Origin: an uncultured Planctomycetales bacterium
GTDB lineage: Bacteria; Omnitrophota; Gorgyraeia; Zapsychrales; JANLHA01
Length of the DNA: 60,353 bases
Assembly (NCBI GenBank): GCA_964474085.1
Contig: CAYYRJ010000015.1
Coordinates: 1 to 60,353, forward strand
Direction of reading: 5' to 3'
In this document: piece by piece, positions 44,954 to 53,886 of the stretch
Numbering within the stretch: position 1 is the first letter of the stretch
Layout: each line of letters opens with the position of its first letter
Program-made: the position numbers and the translations under genes
The notes under the pieces: model-generated
What the model was told of the DNA's origin: nothing
Seen by the model: the letters and a program-made list of their open reading frames with translations, nothing else
The model's database searches: none

Positions 44954-46417
44954 TCAAATTGCCCTTTCATCCGACCCTGCAAGCGGCTTTAACAGCGGAA
45001 ACAAAATCACTTCCCGTATCGTCGGAGAATCGGTCAAAAGCATAATCAGCCGATCAATGCCGATGCCAAGACCTCCGGCCGGCGGCATCCCGTATTCGAG
45101 CGCGTGAATAAAATCTTCGTCAATATTACGCAACCCTGTCTCCGTGTCATCCGTCAAATCTTCGAGTAAACGTGCCTTTTGCTCCTGCGGGTCATTTAGC
45201 TCTGAATACGCATTACCGACTTCCAGGCCCGCCACAAAACATTCAAACCGCTCGGAAATAAACGGATTGTCTTTCTTAGTTTTAGCCAAAGGACAAAGAA
45301 ACGTAAAATAATCGGTAAAGAAAACAGGGTTCATCGTCGCATCTTCGTCCAAAATATCCTCAACGATTTTCATGACCGCCGAGCGGGTCAAAGTCTCGAT
45401 CTTGCCGCGTCCGCCTTTGGCCTTGACCTTGTCTAACATTGTCTTGGCATCGTCGTCGGGATTAATGTCAAATTTGTCTTTGATCATTTTGGCAAACGAG
45501 CGGCGCTCCCAGGGCGGGGTAAAATCAATTTCCTTGCCCTGATAAGCGACTTTGTAAGAGCCGGTCAAAAGCTTCGCACTCTCGCTAATCAAGCCTTCCA
45601 TCAAATCCATCATGTCGTTAAAATCCCCGTAGGACTGGTAAGCTTCAAGCATCGTAAACTCAGGGTTGTGGCGCGTCGAGATTCCTTCATTGCGAAAATT
45701 GCGGTTAATTTCATACACACGTTCAAAACCACCGACGAGAAGGCGCTTCAAATAAAGTTCGGGAGCGATACGCAAATACACGTCCATATCATACGCATTG
45801 TGCTTGGAAACAAACGGACGGCCGCGAGCCCCTCCGGCCTGCTGCTGAAGCATCGGGGTTTCGACCTCCAAAAAGCCGCGGGTGTCCAGATAGTTGCGGA
45901 TAAAAGAAATCAGCTTCGTACGTTTGAGAAAAATTTCGCGGACGTTTGCGTTGGCAATCATGTCCACATAACGCTGACGGTAGCGAACCTCGACGTCCTT
46001 TAGGCCGTGCCATTTCTCCGGCAAGGTCATCAGCGACTTGGAGAGAACCGTAATTTTGGAAACCTTCACCGTTTCCTGCCCGGTCTTGGTCTTAAACAAA
46101 ACCCCGTCGACGCCGATAATGTCTCCAATGTCTAAACTGCCCACAATAGCAACGCCTTCTTCGCCGATTGTGCCCATATTAATGTAGAGCTGGATCTTTG
46201 AGGTCTGGTCGGCAAGATCCATAAAAATCGCTTTGCCGTGAGCGCGGTTGGCCAAAATGCGGCCCGCCAGCGTGACCGGCGTCTCTTCGACAAAATTTTG
46301 CAACACTTGCGCAATCGAGTGTGTCGGCAAAAAACGCCTGCCGTAGGGCTCAAGGCCTAAGGCCAAAAGCTTGTTGAGTTTTTCAATTCTAACCTGCTTT
46401 ATTTCATCAACTTCCAT
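44954..46417 (-). CDS. lysS: Lysine--tRNA ligase (class II)
   Basis: OB anticodon-binding N-domain and class II motifs (FLEVETP; YRIAPELYLKRL; GGLGIGIDRL). 487 aa. Confidence 0.93.
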   Translation of the reverse strand: MEVDEIKQVRIEKLNKLLALGLEPYGRRFLPTHSIAQVLQNFVEETPVTLAGRILANRAHGKAIFMDLADQTSKIQLYINMGTIGEEGVAIVGSLDIGDIIGVDGVLFKTKTGQETVKVSKITVLSKSLMTLPEKWHGLKDVEVRYRQRYVDMIANANVREIFLKRTKLISFIRNYLDTRGFLEVETPMLQQQAGGARGRPFVSKHNAYDMDVYLRIAPELYLKRLLVGGFERVYEINRNFRNEGISTRHNPEFTMLEAYQSYGDFNDMMDLMEGLISESAKLLTGSYKVAYQGKEIDFTPPWERRSFAKMIKDKFDINPDDDAKTMLDKVKAKGGRGKIETLTRSAVMKIVEDILDEDATMNPVFFTDYFTFLCPLAKTKKDNPFISERFECFVAGLEVGNAYSELNDPQEQKARLLEDLTDDTETGLRNIDEDFIHALEYGMPPAGGLGIGIDRLIMLLTDSPTIREVILFPLLKPLAGSDERAI

Positions 46418-46551
46418 AGAAAATTAAGCCTCCGTTTAACTGGCGAAATCCCGCTTAAGAAGACCACTGGTCTGTATCTTTACAGATATGAACTTCTGTC
46501 GGCGGGACGTTTCCTTTTCCCGTCGAAAATGGTCTAAAAAATAATAGAGGG

Positions 46552-46580
46552 ATTATATAGAAAAGCAGTGGCAAAGTCAA
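46552..46580 (-). promoter_or_regulatory. Consensus sigma70-type promoter for lysS (TTGACT-17 nt-TATAAT on the minus strand)
   Basis: Hexamers read on the reverse complement. Predicts a 5' leader of roughly 125 nt. Confidence 0.5.
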
Positions 46581-46615
46581 ACGACGCTAAACAAACCATG
46601 GGAAATTTTTATCCC

Positions 46616-47773
46616 TTAACTGCGGTCTCTGTCTAGAACATAAAAGTTCAAAGAATATTGTCCATCTTGCCAAAGCAGCAGGGCCTCTTTTTTAAGATTC
46701 TCGAGATCCCGGCGGGAGGTCCGCTCGGAAACTCGTCGATAAATAGCGGCAAAACGATCCCTGTCATAAAGGTCGCGCAAAGTGAATTTTTCGTCCTTTT
46801 CTAAAAGCGCGACCAACAAGTCGAATTGCCGGTTAGAAATATGCCGGTTTTTTAACATCCACTGATAATAATCGCGCAAAGCAAACTTTCGGATCATCCA
46901 AAACATCCGGTCTTTAATTTGTTCGCAAGAGAATATCACGCCATTGAGAAAATACTCCAAAAATGGCGCCATATTTTCATTATCTTTTTTCCCAGACAAA
47001 GAAAAAGCCCAATAATAAGCATCGATATTTTTATAATAATAATTCGACAGCATCAAAGGAACATATTTAACTCCAGCCGCTTGCAAAATGACAGCCTCGA
47101 CAATCCGCGATGTACGGCCGTTTCCGTCACCAAAGGGGTGGATTCTTCCTAAATAATAATGCGCTAAAGGCGCTCTGACAAACGGCCCCAAAGCGACAAC
47201 CTCCGGCTCATTGATCCACTCTACATAGGCTTGCATAAGCGCCCTGATGTCCTCAATGATTTTAGGAGGAACATAAACACCGCCGTGCTCTTTATCGCCA
47301 ACATAAACCTCATGATTGCGGTAATCCCCGGGGACAACATCTTCTTTAGCGCAGTCGGCAAGAATAGTTCTGTTGATATTTTGAATGAAATCTTCACTCA
47401 ACAAAAAAGCATCTTTGTGTTCTACAATCGGCAAAATAACTTTGTAATAAACACTTTTTAAATTCTGGATTTCGATTTCGGCTTTTTTCACACCTCGTGT
47501 TTTGTCGCTCTCATTAATCAGCTTGCCGACAGCATCTTCCGATAAAGGATTGCCTTCAATTGCCGCAGTTCCAAAAATTGAACGCTTAATAATTTCTTCT
47601 TGCAACCCGCTGGCCAAACGGGGTAAAACAGGAATTTCCTTAACCGTGTAAGCCAAAATTCCTGCTTTAGAAACAAGGTTTTGAATATTTCCATTCTCAT
47701 AACTGGAGTTAAACAAAAAAGGACCGGATCGGAATGTATTGATTTTTTTCATATTGTGGTCAAAATGCCTCAA
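46616..47773 (-). CDS. Fic-family protein (AMPylase-type) with an N-terminal inhibitory-helix motif and a C-terminal wHTH-like domain
   Basis: Fic motif HPFGDGNGRTSR, upstream (S/T)xxxE(G/N) motif TAAIEGN. 385 aa. Confidence 0.85.
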   Translation of the reverse strand: MRHFDHNMKKINTFRSGPFLFNSSYENGNIQNLVSKAGILAYTVKEIPVLPRLASGLQEEIIKRSIFGTAAIEGNPLSEDAVGKLINESDKTRGVKKAEIEIQNLKSVYYKVILPIVEHKDAFLLSEDFIQNINRTILADCAKEDVVPGDYRNHEVYVGDKEHGGVYVPPKIIEDIRALMQAYVEWINEPEVVALGPFVRAPLAHYYLGRIHPFGDGNGRTSRIVEAVILQAAGVKYVPLMLSNYYYKNIDAYYWAFSLSGKKDNENMAPFLEYFLNGVIFSCEQIKDRMFWMIRKFALRDYYQWMLKNRHISNRQFDLLVALLEKDEKFTLRDLYDRDRFAAIYRRVSERTSRRDLENLKKEALLLWQDGQYSLNFYVLDRDRS

Positions 47774-47886
47774 ATATTGTCATGAATTATGTCACACTTA
47801 AGTCATTTATTATCAATATGAAAGATACTATATATCTATTAATGTGTCAATGAATAAGGTTTCACTGACGACTTGCTTTTGCCAGC

Positions 47887-48930
47887 CTACGCGGCACTCA
47901 AAAACCGTCGGCGGACTTTCCAGGCCAGAGCACCGCCCCCAATTAAAAACAAAACACTGCTAACCGGTTCAGGCGTGACAACAACATCGGGGGTCGGGTG
48001 GGAAATAAAAGCGTTGTCCTGCATCGCCAGCTTGAAAGCCGCAAAAGCTTCGGGCGATGAGTCCAGCCGCCAATCTCTTTCCTTATTGACATTAAACCAA
48101 TAAAAAGCCTGTATACGCTCATAATCCGTCTGCATTTTTGCAAAAGCATCCGCAATCCAACCAGGCTTTCCTGCAAATTCTGCGGCCGCAAACTCAGATA
48201 ACATCATCGGCTTGTTGCCAAAAATTTCCGGATGATCAGCAATATCGTGATAAATGCTATTAAAAGTAAGATCGAAAGTGCTCGCACTATTTAAGCTATA
48301 CCCGTCGATGCCCAACCAGTCGACATAAGATTTTCCTGGAAAATATTTTGCCAACAAATCCACACCGCCGGGCGCCTGATTTGGCGACCAGATAAATTCA
48401 AGATTGGGAGCCAGCGGTTTCATCACGTCGTAGACATGACGAAAAGCAGCCGTATATTCCAAAGGCTGATCCTGCCACGAATACCACCCGCCTGTTGCAG
48501 GATTATCATCATGAATCATTTCATGGCCGTAGCGCAGACGCGTCGTTGAGCCGTAACTATTAAGTTGCCCGGCCAAACTGCGAAAATAATCATCATAGCG
48601 TCCGTTAACGACATCCTGTTGGGACACCCAAGGCTCTAAAGTGAGCATCGGAATAATATTCGTTTTATACCCGTCGTGGTAATTGATCGACGAGTTCAAA
48701 TAACCTGATGGGATACCACTTTGGTAAGTGTCGCTAAACCCTAAGTACCAGTTAAACGTGCTGATATGTTTGCCTAAACTTGCTTCAAAAGACTTGATCG
48801 TTTCTGCCGTCGGGACATCGCCGACGGAATCAAAAGCGGCAATCCCGATCTCGATAGCCGCAGATACTGGCCTTACAAAAAGCAAAGCTGACAACAGAAC
48901 AAAAATAAATTTTTTCATTTTAAACTCCAT
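47887..48930 (-). CDS. Secreted glycoside-hydrolase-like protein (GH26-like TIM barrel) with a PEP-CTERM sorting signal
   Basis: Signal peptide. Candidate catalytic Glu motifs RYGHEM and MLSEFA. C-terminus VTPEPVSSVLFLIGGGALAWKVRRRF is PEP-CTERM-like (PEP motif, TM helix, Arg cluster). Confidence 0.6.
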   Translation of the reverse strand: MEFKMKKFIFVLLSALLFVRPVSAAIEIGIAAFDSVGDVPTAETIKSFEASLGKHISTFNWYLGFSDTYQSGIPSGYLNSSINYHDGYKTNIIPMLTLEPWVSQQDVVNGRYDDYFRSLAGQLNSYGSTTRLRYGHEMIHDDNPATGGWYSWQDQPLEYTAAFRHVYDVMKPLAPNLEFIWSPNQAPGGVDLLAKYFPGKSYVDWLGIDGYSLNSASTFDLTFNSIYHDIADHPEIFGNKPMMLSEFAAAEFAGKPGWIADAFAKMQTDYERIQAFYWFNVNKERDWRLDSSPEAFAAFKLAMQDNAFISHPTPDVVVTPEPVSSVLFLIGGGALAWKVRRRFLSAA

Positions 48931-48965
48931 TTCATTTTCGGCTTAGCCCTTTGACAAAAAGATTT

Positions 48966-49009
48966 AAATCCCACCAAACCCCCTTTAACAAAGGGGGGAC
49001 GGGGGATTT
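48966..49009 (+). repeat. R-family variant (R5): AAATCCCACCAAACCCCCTTTAACAAAGGGGGGACGGGGGATTT
   Basis: Hairpin CCCCCTTT-AACA-AAGGGGGG with flanking complementary tails. Downstream of gene 49025-49708. Confidence 0.75.
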
Positions 49010-49024
49010 TACAAACCGTTTACA

Positions 49025-49708
49025 CTAAACAAACCGTGCCTTAACATTCGGACGGGTCAAATACCACCAGACACCAATCACTATAAATAAACTTATCAAA
49101 ACACATGAAAGAATAACATTTCCATGCACCATCAACATCGACTCAAAAGCTGACTTCCCAGCATAAATAGACAGATCTTTATATGTCGGGTCAACCAATA
49201 AATTTAATTTATTCCCAACTGTTACATATTGCATAAGGTACTGTTCCAAATAAAATGAAAATAGTGGCAACGAAACAATATACAAACAAAAACCAACAAT
49301 GCCCCACAAAGACAGTTCTCTTCCCCATTTCGAGTGCACAATCAATCCAAATCCAGATACTAAAAGAAAAACTCCCAGGATTAAATTAATCACCACTTGA
49401 AGTTTTAGACCAATTGAACTTAATCTCTTATAAATATCAATACGGAATTTAAGATCTTGTTTAAAATTATCCACTTCTCTTTTAAATTTTTCTAAATTTC
49501 CTGACGCCTGCAACTTAATCTGCACTTCTTGACTATCAAAATATTTTAGATCTTCTAACGTCAGGACCAGAGCTTGATCAAGCCGTACAAATTTTTGTCC
49601 CAAGCCATACATATCAGAAAAAATCTCAGACATTACACTTAAAAGCCCGAATCCTAAAAAAATAAAAAAAATCCCTAGAAAAACAACCCCCTTGAACTTC
49701 TTATTCAT
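49025..49708 (-). CDS. Hypothetical 4-TM membrane protein, architecture-paralog of 5530-6207
   Basis: 227 aa and AT-rich. Same TM/polar layout as 5530-6207, central G(L/F)GLI(L/V) motif, and C-terminus WWYLTRPNVKARFV (compare WYFSRKKIKEQFR). Confidence 0.6.
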   Translation of the reverse strand: MNKKFKGVVFLGIFFIFLGFGLLSVMSEIFSDMYGLGQKFVRLDQALVLTLEDLKYFDSQEVQIKLQASGNLEKFKREVDNFKQDLKFRIDIYKRLSSIGLKLQVVINLILGVFLLVSGFGLIVHSKWGRELSLWGIVGFCLYIVSLPLFSFYLEQYLMQYVTVGNKLNLLVDPTYKDLSIYAGKSAFESMLMVHGNVILSCVLISLFIVIGVWWYLTRPNVKARFV

Positions 49709-49733
49709 AAATCAAATCCTTTCATTTTTTCTT

Positions 49734-49765
49734 AACCCCCTTTATTAAAGGGGGAATTGGGGATT
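49734..49765 (+). repeat. R-family variant (R6): AACCCCCTTTATTAAAGGGGGAATTGGGGATT
   Basis: Hairpin plus tail in the same orientation as R5. Abuts the stop codon of 49766-50785. Confidence 0.75.
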
Positions 49766-50785
49766 TTACTTTTTCCAGCCAACCGCTAGGCGATTGTCGA
49801 GCAGTTCCTGATTTAAAAAAATACCTTCGGCGGCGACTTTTTGAGCGTCTTTTTGACCGGGCAAATAAAAGACATCGACCAAATACCGGCCGTACTTGTC
49901 GTCCTTGTAGGTTTTGATCACAACAAAATCGCATTGGGCAACACGCGCTTTAACAAACGCGTCGGCTTTTTTGCCCTCCGGCGTGTCAATTTCTGGAGTG
50001 TCAATCCCCCGCAGGCGCAACTTGTGCTCTTTGGTAATCTTAAACCCCAAGTCCACCCCGGTCAAAAGCGTGTCCCCGTCGATAACTTTATAAACTTTAG
50101 CTTTAAACGTATAAATGTCCGAAACACCACCGTCTCTCGACGTATGCACGCCATAGGTTTTATCGTCTTTTTGGGTTGTGATTATTTGACCGGCGCTAAA
50201 TTTTGAAAGCTGTCCTTGCGTCGGGTTAAAAGAAACATCAAAGCCGCAATCAACGCATTTTCGAAAATCTTGTCCCAAAGGTTTCCACCCATCGATTCGA
50301 TAGTGATACAATTTCCCTCGCACCAGCTTTAATTGGGCAATTGGGCCGTCAGCTGGGACAACAACTTTTTTCTTTTGCACCAGCTCTTTAAATTCGCGGC
50401 TCGTCAACCCTTCACGACGAGCTTTGTCCATCAGTTCCTTGCGGTGCACCGGATCCGGCAAAGACAACAGCTCACGAAAGTGCGTCCAAGGCAATTGCGT
50501 CCGCGCGGACGCAATTGGAAATTGCCTATAAAATTGGACTGTCCGTTCAAGCGTCCGTTTACCTACAATGAGATCTTTCGCGAGATTTTCAAAAATATGC
50601 TCACCGTACTTGGCGCGGTCTGCTCCGCCTAAAATATATTCATCGATCGCCTTGCCGATATTCCAATATTTTTCGGCCTGCGTTTGCGAAATGATCTTTT
50701 TTCCGTCGGCAATTTCTTTTTTAATAAGGCTAATCAACTGCTGATAGGTGAGAGCAGAAAAGGCTGGGAGTTTTGTCATAGACAC
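49766..50785 (-). CDS. Fusion protein: DUF1016/YhcG-type N-terminal domain plus C-terminal staphylococcal-nuclease (SNase/thermonuclease) domain
   Basis: N-terminus: YWNIGKAI.EYIL....A.YGE.I.ENLAKDL...G....L.R.VQFYR.FP........LPWTHFRELL (YhcG N-domain pattern). C-terminus: V.KVIDGDTL.......K.RL.GIDTPE......G..A..FV......VV.....D.YGR.L..V (SNase pattern). Confidence 0.7.
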   Translation of the reverse strand: MSMTKLPAFSALTYQQLISLIKKEIADGKKIISQTQAEKYWNIGKAIDEYILGGADRAKYGEHIFENLAKDLIVGKRTLERTVQFYRQFPIASARTQLPWTHFRELLSLPDPVHRKELMDKARREGLTSREFKELVQKKKVVVPADGPIAQLKLVRGKLYHYRIDGWKPLGQDFRKCVDCGFDVSFNPTQGQLSKFSAGQIITTQKDDKTYGVHTSRDGGVSDIYTFKAKVYKVIDGDTLLTGVDLGFKITKEHKLRLRGIDTPEIDTPEGKKADAFVKARVAQCDFVVIKTYKDDKYGRYLVDVFYLPGQKDAQKVAAEGIFLNQELLDNRLAVGWKK

Positions 50786-50798
50786 TCAATATTTATTA

Positions 50799-51602
50799 TC
50801 ACACGGCAACGATACAAATGCCGGTTTTGTCGGCAAGCTTAATGCAGGCGTCGTGGTCAATCACAAGCGTCTTGCCCGCTTCAATCGCCAGACACTTGGC
50901 CTTGACCGCCGCCATATTTTGCAAAGTGCGAAGCCCGACGACAGGAATATCAAAACGCAAGTCCTGATCGGGCTTGCTCATTTTGATAACCACCGCACCC
51001 ACCCGGGCAATCGCCCCGCCCCGACGGATACAGCGGTCTGTGCCTTCCATCGCTTCGATGGCGACAATCGCTTTTTCTTTTATGACAACCGTTTGTCCGA
51101 CGTCCAACCCGCCCATCGCCTTGGCAATCGTGCGGCCAAAGTCAATGTCCTCTAGCTCGATCTTGGTGGGTGTGCGCGCTGTTAACGTGCCGGATTTGGC
51201 CAGATAACCTTTGAGCAAAAACGTCGAATCCAAAAGTTCCAATCCTTGCGCTTTGAGCTTGTCAGCGACGCCACGAAAAATCGTGTCAGCCTTGCGGTCT
51301 TCCAAAGCTTGCATCAAATCTTTATATTCGTCATTTAAGATAAGTGTTTTGTCAAAAAGATTTTTGGGATTGACCTGTCCGGCCATAATAACTTGAACAA
51401 CCCCGCGGTCTTTAAAATACGAAAAAAGTTTCTTTAGCTCGCCGACTTTAAACCAGACAATTTCGTCAACAAAGAATTTGAGAAAAACGGAAGTGTCACC
51501 GACGATGGCCGCAGCCACAACTTTAAGGTTTTGCCGCTTTGCTTCACGGGCAAAAAGAAAAGGGAATTTGCCGTTTCCGGCGATAAGGCCAATTTTTTCC
51601 AT
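50799..51602 (-). CDS. lpxI: UDP-2,3-diacylglucosamine diphosphatase LpxI (DUF1009)
   Basis: IGLIAGNG.FP......A......V.......G pattern and DVGQ/AIEA.EGTD motifs. I chose the start at MEKIGLIAG; the track ORF extends to 51653 and overlaps lpxA. Confidence 0.8.
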   Translation of the reverse strand: MEKIGLIAGNGKFPFLFAREAKRQNLKVVAAAIVGDTSVFLKFFVDEIVWFKVGELKKLFSYFKDRGVVQVIMAGQVNPKNLFDKTLILNDEYKDLMQALEDRKADTIFRGVADKLKAQGLELLDSTFLLKGYLAKSGTLTARTPTKIELEDIDFGRTIAKAMGGLDVGQTVVIKEKAIVAIEAMEGTDRCIRRGGAIARVGAVVIKMSKPDQDLRFDIPVVGLRTLQNMAAVKAKCLAIEAGKTLVIDHDACIKLADKTGICIVAV

Positions 51603-51618
51603 TAGGGTTATCCGCAAC

Positions 51619-52404
51619 TTACGCGCAAAGTCCGCGCTTACTCGTCTTGGCAAAAAATATCAAATGGTCAAGTTCGGGACACGGCGGGACATCTCTGATA
51701 ATCTGTTCAATGGCGTGCGTTTTGGTCAGCCCGCTGTGAAAAAGGATTTTAAAAGCAGTCTTCAGTGACGCAACCGATGCCACCGGCACCTTGGCCCGCT
51801 GCAAACCGATCGTATTGAGTTTATACACCTTTGCCGGATGCCCGTCGCACATCGAGTACGGCGGAATGTCCTGCACGACTTTTGAGCAGCCCCCTACAAT
51901 CGACAAGCGTCCCAAACGCACAAACTGATGCACCGCACTCAAACCCCCTAAAATCGCCCCATCTTCCAAAGTCACGTGCCCGGCGATCGTGCCGACATTC
52001 GCCAAAATGCAATTGTTGCCAACCAAACAATCGTGCGCTACGTGGGTGTTGGCCATAAAAAGATTTCCATCGCCGACAACGGTCTTGCGCCCGCCGTCGA
52101 TGGTGCCGGCGTTCATCGTGGCATACTCACGGATCACATTGTTGTCCCCGACAATAAGTTCGACATCGTCTGTCTCGCTGTATTTTTTGTCCTGCGGGCA
52201 GGAGCCGACAATCGCGCCTGTAAAAATCTGGCAATTTTTTCCGATCGTCGTCTTTCCGTCCAAAACACAATGATTGCCAATGCGGCATCCGTCGCCTACG
52301 ACAACCTTTGGCCCAATGGCCGAATAGGCACCAACGAAAACATCGTGCCCTAATTGGGCTGACGGGTCAATGACTGCTGTTTTATGTATTTTTATCGTTT
52401 CCAT
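51619..52404 (-). CDS. lpxA: Acyl-ACP--UDP-N-acetylglucosamine O-acyltransferase
   Basis: Left-handed beta-helix hexapeptide repeats plus the LpxA C-terminal helical domain (GLNT.GL.R). 261 aa. Confidence 0.9.
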   Translation of the reverse strand: METIKIHKTAVIDPSAQLGHDVFVGAYSAIGPKVVVGDGCRIGNHCVLDGKTTIGKNCQIFTGAIVGSCPQDKKYSETDDVELIVGDNNVIREYATMNAGTIDGGRKTVVGDGNLFMANTHVAHDCLVGNNCILANVGTIAGHVTLEDGAILGGLSAVHQFVRLGRLSIVGGCSKVVQDIPPYSMCDGHPAKVYKLNTIGLQRAKVPVASVASLKTAFKILFHSGLTKTHAIEQIIRDVPPCPELDHLIFFAKTSKRGLCA

Positions 52405-52405
52405 A

Positions 52406-53743
52406 TCAAACCTGTTTTAAAAAATCGGCATCCAAAAATGAAACCATAAACTCCGCCTCGACGGCAACTTCATCCCCAACCTTAGCAACCCCCTTCATCT
52501 GGGCAGTGCGCGAACGGTCGCGAATCATTTCAACCTCCAGCGTCAACTGCTCGCCGGGAACAACGAGTTTACGAAACTTGACTTTATCGACGGCCATAAA
52601 CAGCGCTACTTTACCACGGTGCTCTGGGTTGGTCAACACAAGTATCCCCCCGGTTTGCGCTAAGGCCTCGACCATAAGCACACCAGGCATGACGGGCCTT
52701 GAGGGAAAATGTCCGGTAAAAAAGTTTTCATTGGCCGTGACATTTTTTATCCCGACGGCTTTTTTGCCGCCTTCCAAATGCACGATCCGATCGACGAATA
52801 AAAAGGGGTAGCGGTGCGGCAAAATTTTCATGATCTGGGTAATATCAAGTTCTGTATTACCGCAAAAACTGTAATCGGGGACAAACGTATGCTTAGCATA
52901 ATTTTCTTTTTGGGCGTGGATCTTCAATAAAAGTTCGAGATTCATACGATGCCCGCTTTTGCTGGCTGCAATATTTCCCCGAATCGGTTTACCCAAAAGG
53001 TAAAGATCCCCAATCATATCTAAAACTTTGTGCCGGCAAAATTCGTCCGAAAATCGCAATTCATTATTAATAACTCCTTTTTCTCCGACGACAAGCGTAT
53101 TCTCGTAAGTCGCGCCTAAACCAAAATTATTTTTACGCAATTCCTGCGCTTCTTCTTCCAAACAAAAGGTGCGACAAGAAGCAATTTGTTTTTCAAAACT
53201 TTCAGCCGACAAAGTTAGCGCAAAATACTGACTGCGCAAAAATGGATGCGGATAATCCAGCAAATAAGAAAATTTATGCTCTGTGCCCGGTAAAGCCACA
53301 ATTGATGCGTCTTGGCGAGCAACAACAATCGGTTCCTTGACTTCTATCCACTCTCGCGGCGCATTCTGCTCAAGAAGCCCGACATTTTTAAAAGCCTGTA
53401 AAAATTGCAAACTACTACCATCTAAAAAAGGAACTTCCCTGGCATTGATTTCAATCAAAATGTTATCAATCGCAAGCCCGCCTAACGCACTCATCAAATG
53501 CTCGACGGTGTGAATAAAAACGTCCCCCCGGCCAATGGTCGTACACCGCGGCACCCCGGAGTCCAAACGGATCGTGTCGGCCCCGACTTTAATCGCCGGT
53601 GTCCCCGGCAAATCGGTACGGACAAACGTGATTCCAGAATTTTCTTCTGCAGGTTTTAATGTGACGCTCGCCGCAACACCCGTATGCAAGCCGCGCCCGT
53701 TTAGCGAAACGTCTTTAAGGATTGTTTTTTGTTTGTCTGACAT
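52406..53743 (-). CDS. lpxC/fabZ: Bifunctional UDP-3-O-acyl-GlcNAc deacetylase / 3-hydroxyacyl-ACP dehydratase (LpxC-FabZ fusion)
   Basis: LpxC N-terminal part (GRGLHTG, TVEHLMSAL, HKVLD.IGDL) fused to FabZ (LPHRYPFLFVDR, FFTGHFP..PVMPGVL.VEA.AQ). Confidence 0.9.
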   Translation of the reverse strand: MSDKQKTILKDVSLNGRGLHTGVAASVTLKPAEENSGITFVRTDLPGTPAIKVGADTIRLDSGVPRCTTIGRGDVFIHTVEHLMSALGGLAIDNILIEINAREVPFLDGSSLQFLQAFKNVGLLEQNAPREWIEVKEPIVVARQDASIVALPGTEHKFSYLLDYPHPFLRSQYFALTLSAESFEKQIASCRTFCLEEEAQELRKNNFGLGATYENTLVVGEKGVINNELRFSDEFCRHKVLDMIGDLYLLGKPIRGNIAASKSGHRMNLELLLKIHAQKENYAKHTFVPDYSFCGNTELDITQIMKILPHRYPFLFVDRIVHLEGGKKAVGIKNVTANENFFTGHFPSRPVMPGVLMVEALAQTGGILVLTNPEHRGKVALFMAVDKVKFRKLVVPGEQLTLEVEMIRDRSRTAQMKGVAKVGDEVAVEAEFMVSFLDADFLKQV

Positions 53744-53770
53744 AAAAGAAATCTTTCAGAGGTTCGTTGT

Positions 53771-53859
53771 GTTAACCGGGTAAGGGAATCTTTTTAAGGC
53801 GAATTACGCCTTAGAGGCGCGGAACAATTGAGCCTAAAAAGATTCCATAACCGGTTAAA
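53771..53859 (+). repeat. E-family structured palindromic element, short form (E2)
   Basis: GTTAACCGG-GTAA-GGGAATCTTTTTAAGGCGAAT-TACGCC-TTAGA-GGCGCG-GAACAAT-TGAGCCTAAAAAGATTCC-ATAA-CCGGTTAAC. Near-identical inner design to E1. Confidence 0.75.
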
Positions 53860-53886
53860 CTGAAATATCGTATCATTATAAAAATT

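Noticed and set aside
44739-45107. 122-aa ORF spanning the tandem repeats
   Set aside because: Its translation (..IPSCFCHSLMFLSFPRKRES..) is just the repeated DNA read in frame, and it overlaps the 3' end of lysS on the opposite strand.
46418-46545. T-box or lysine (L-box) riboswitch upstream of lysS
   Set aside because: The leader is only about 125 nt. I found no T-box sequence (..GGTGGTACCGCG-like), no specifier-loop architecture, no five-way L-box junction and no terminator U-tract. I kept it only as an unclassified structured leader.
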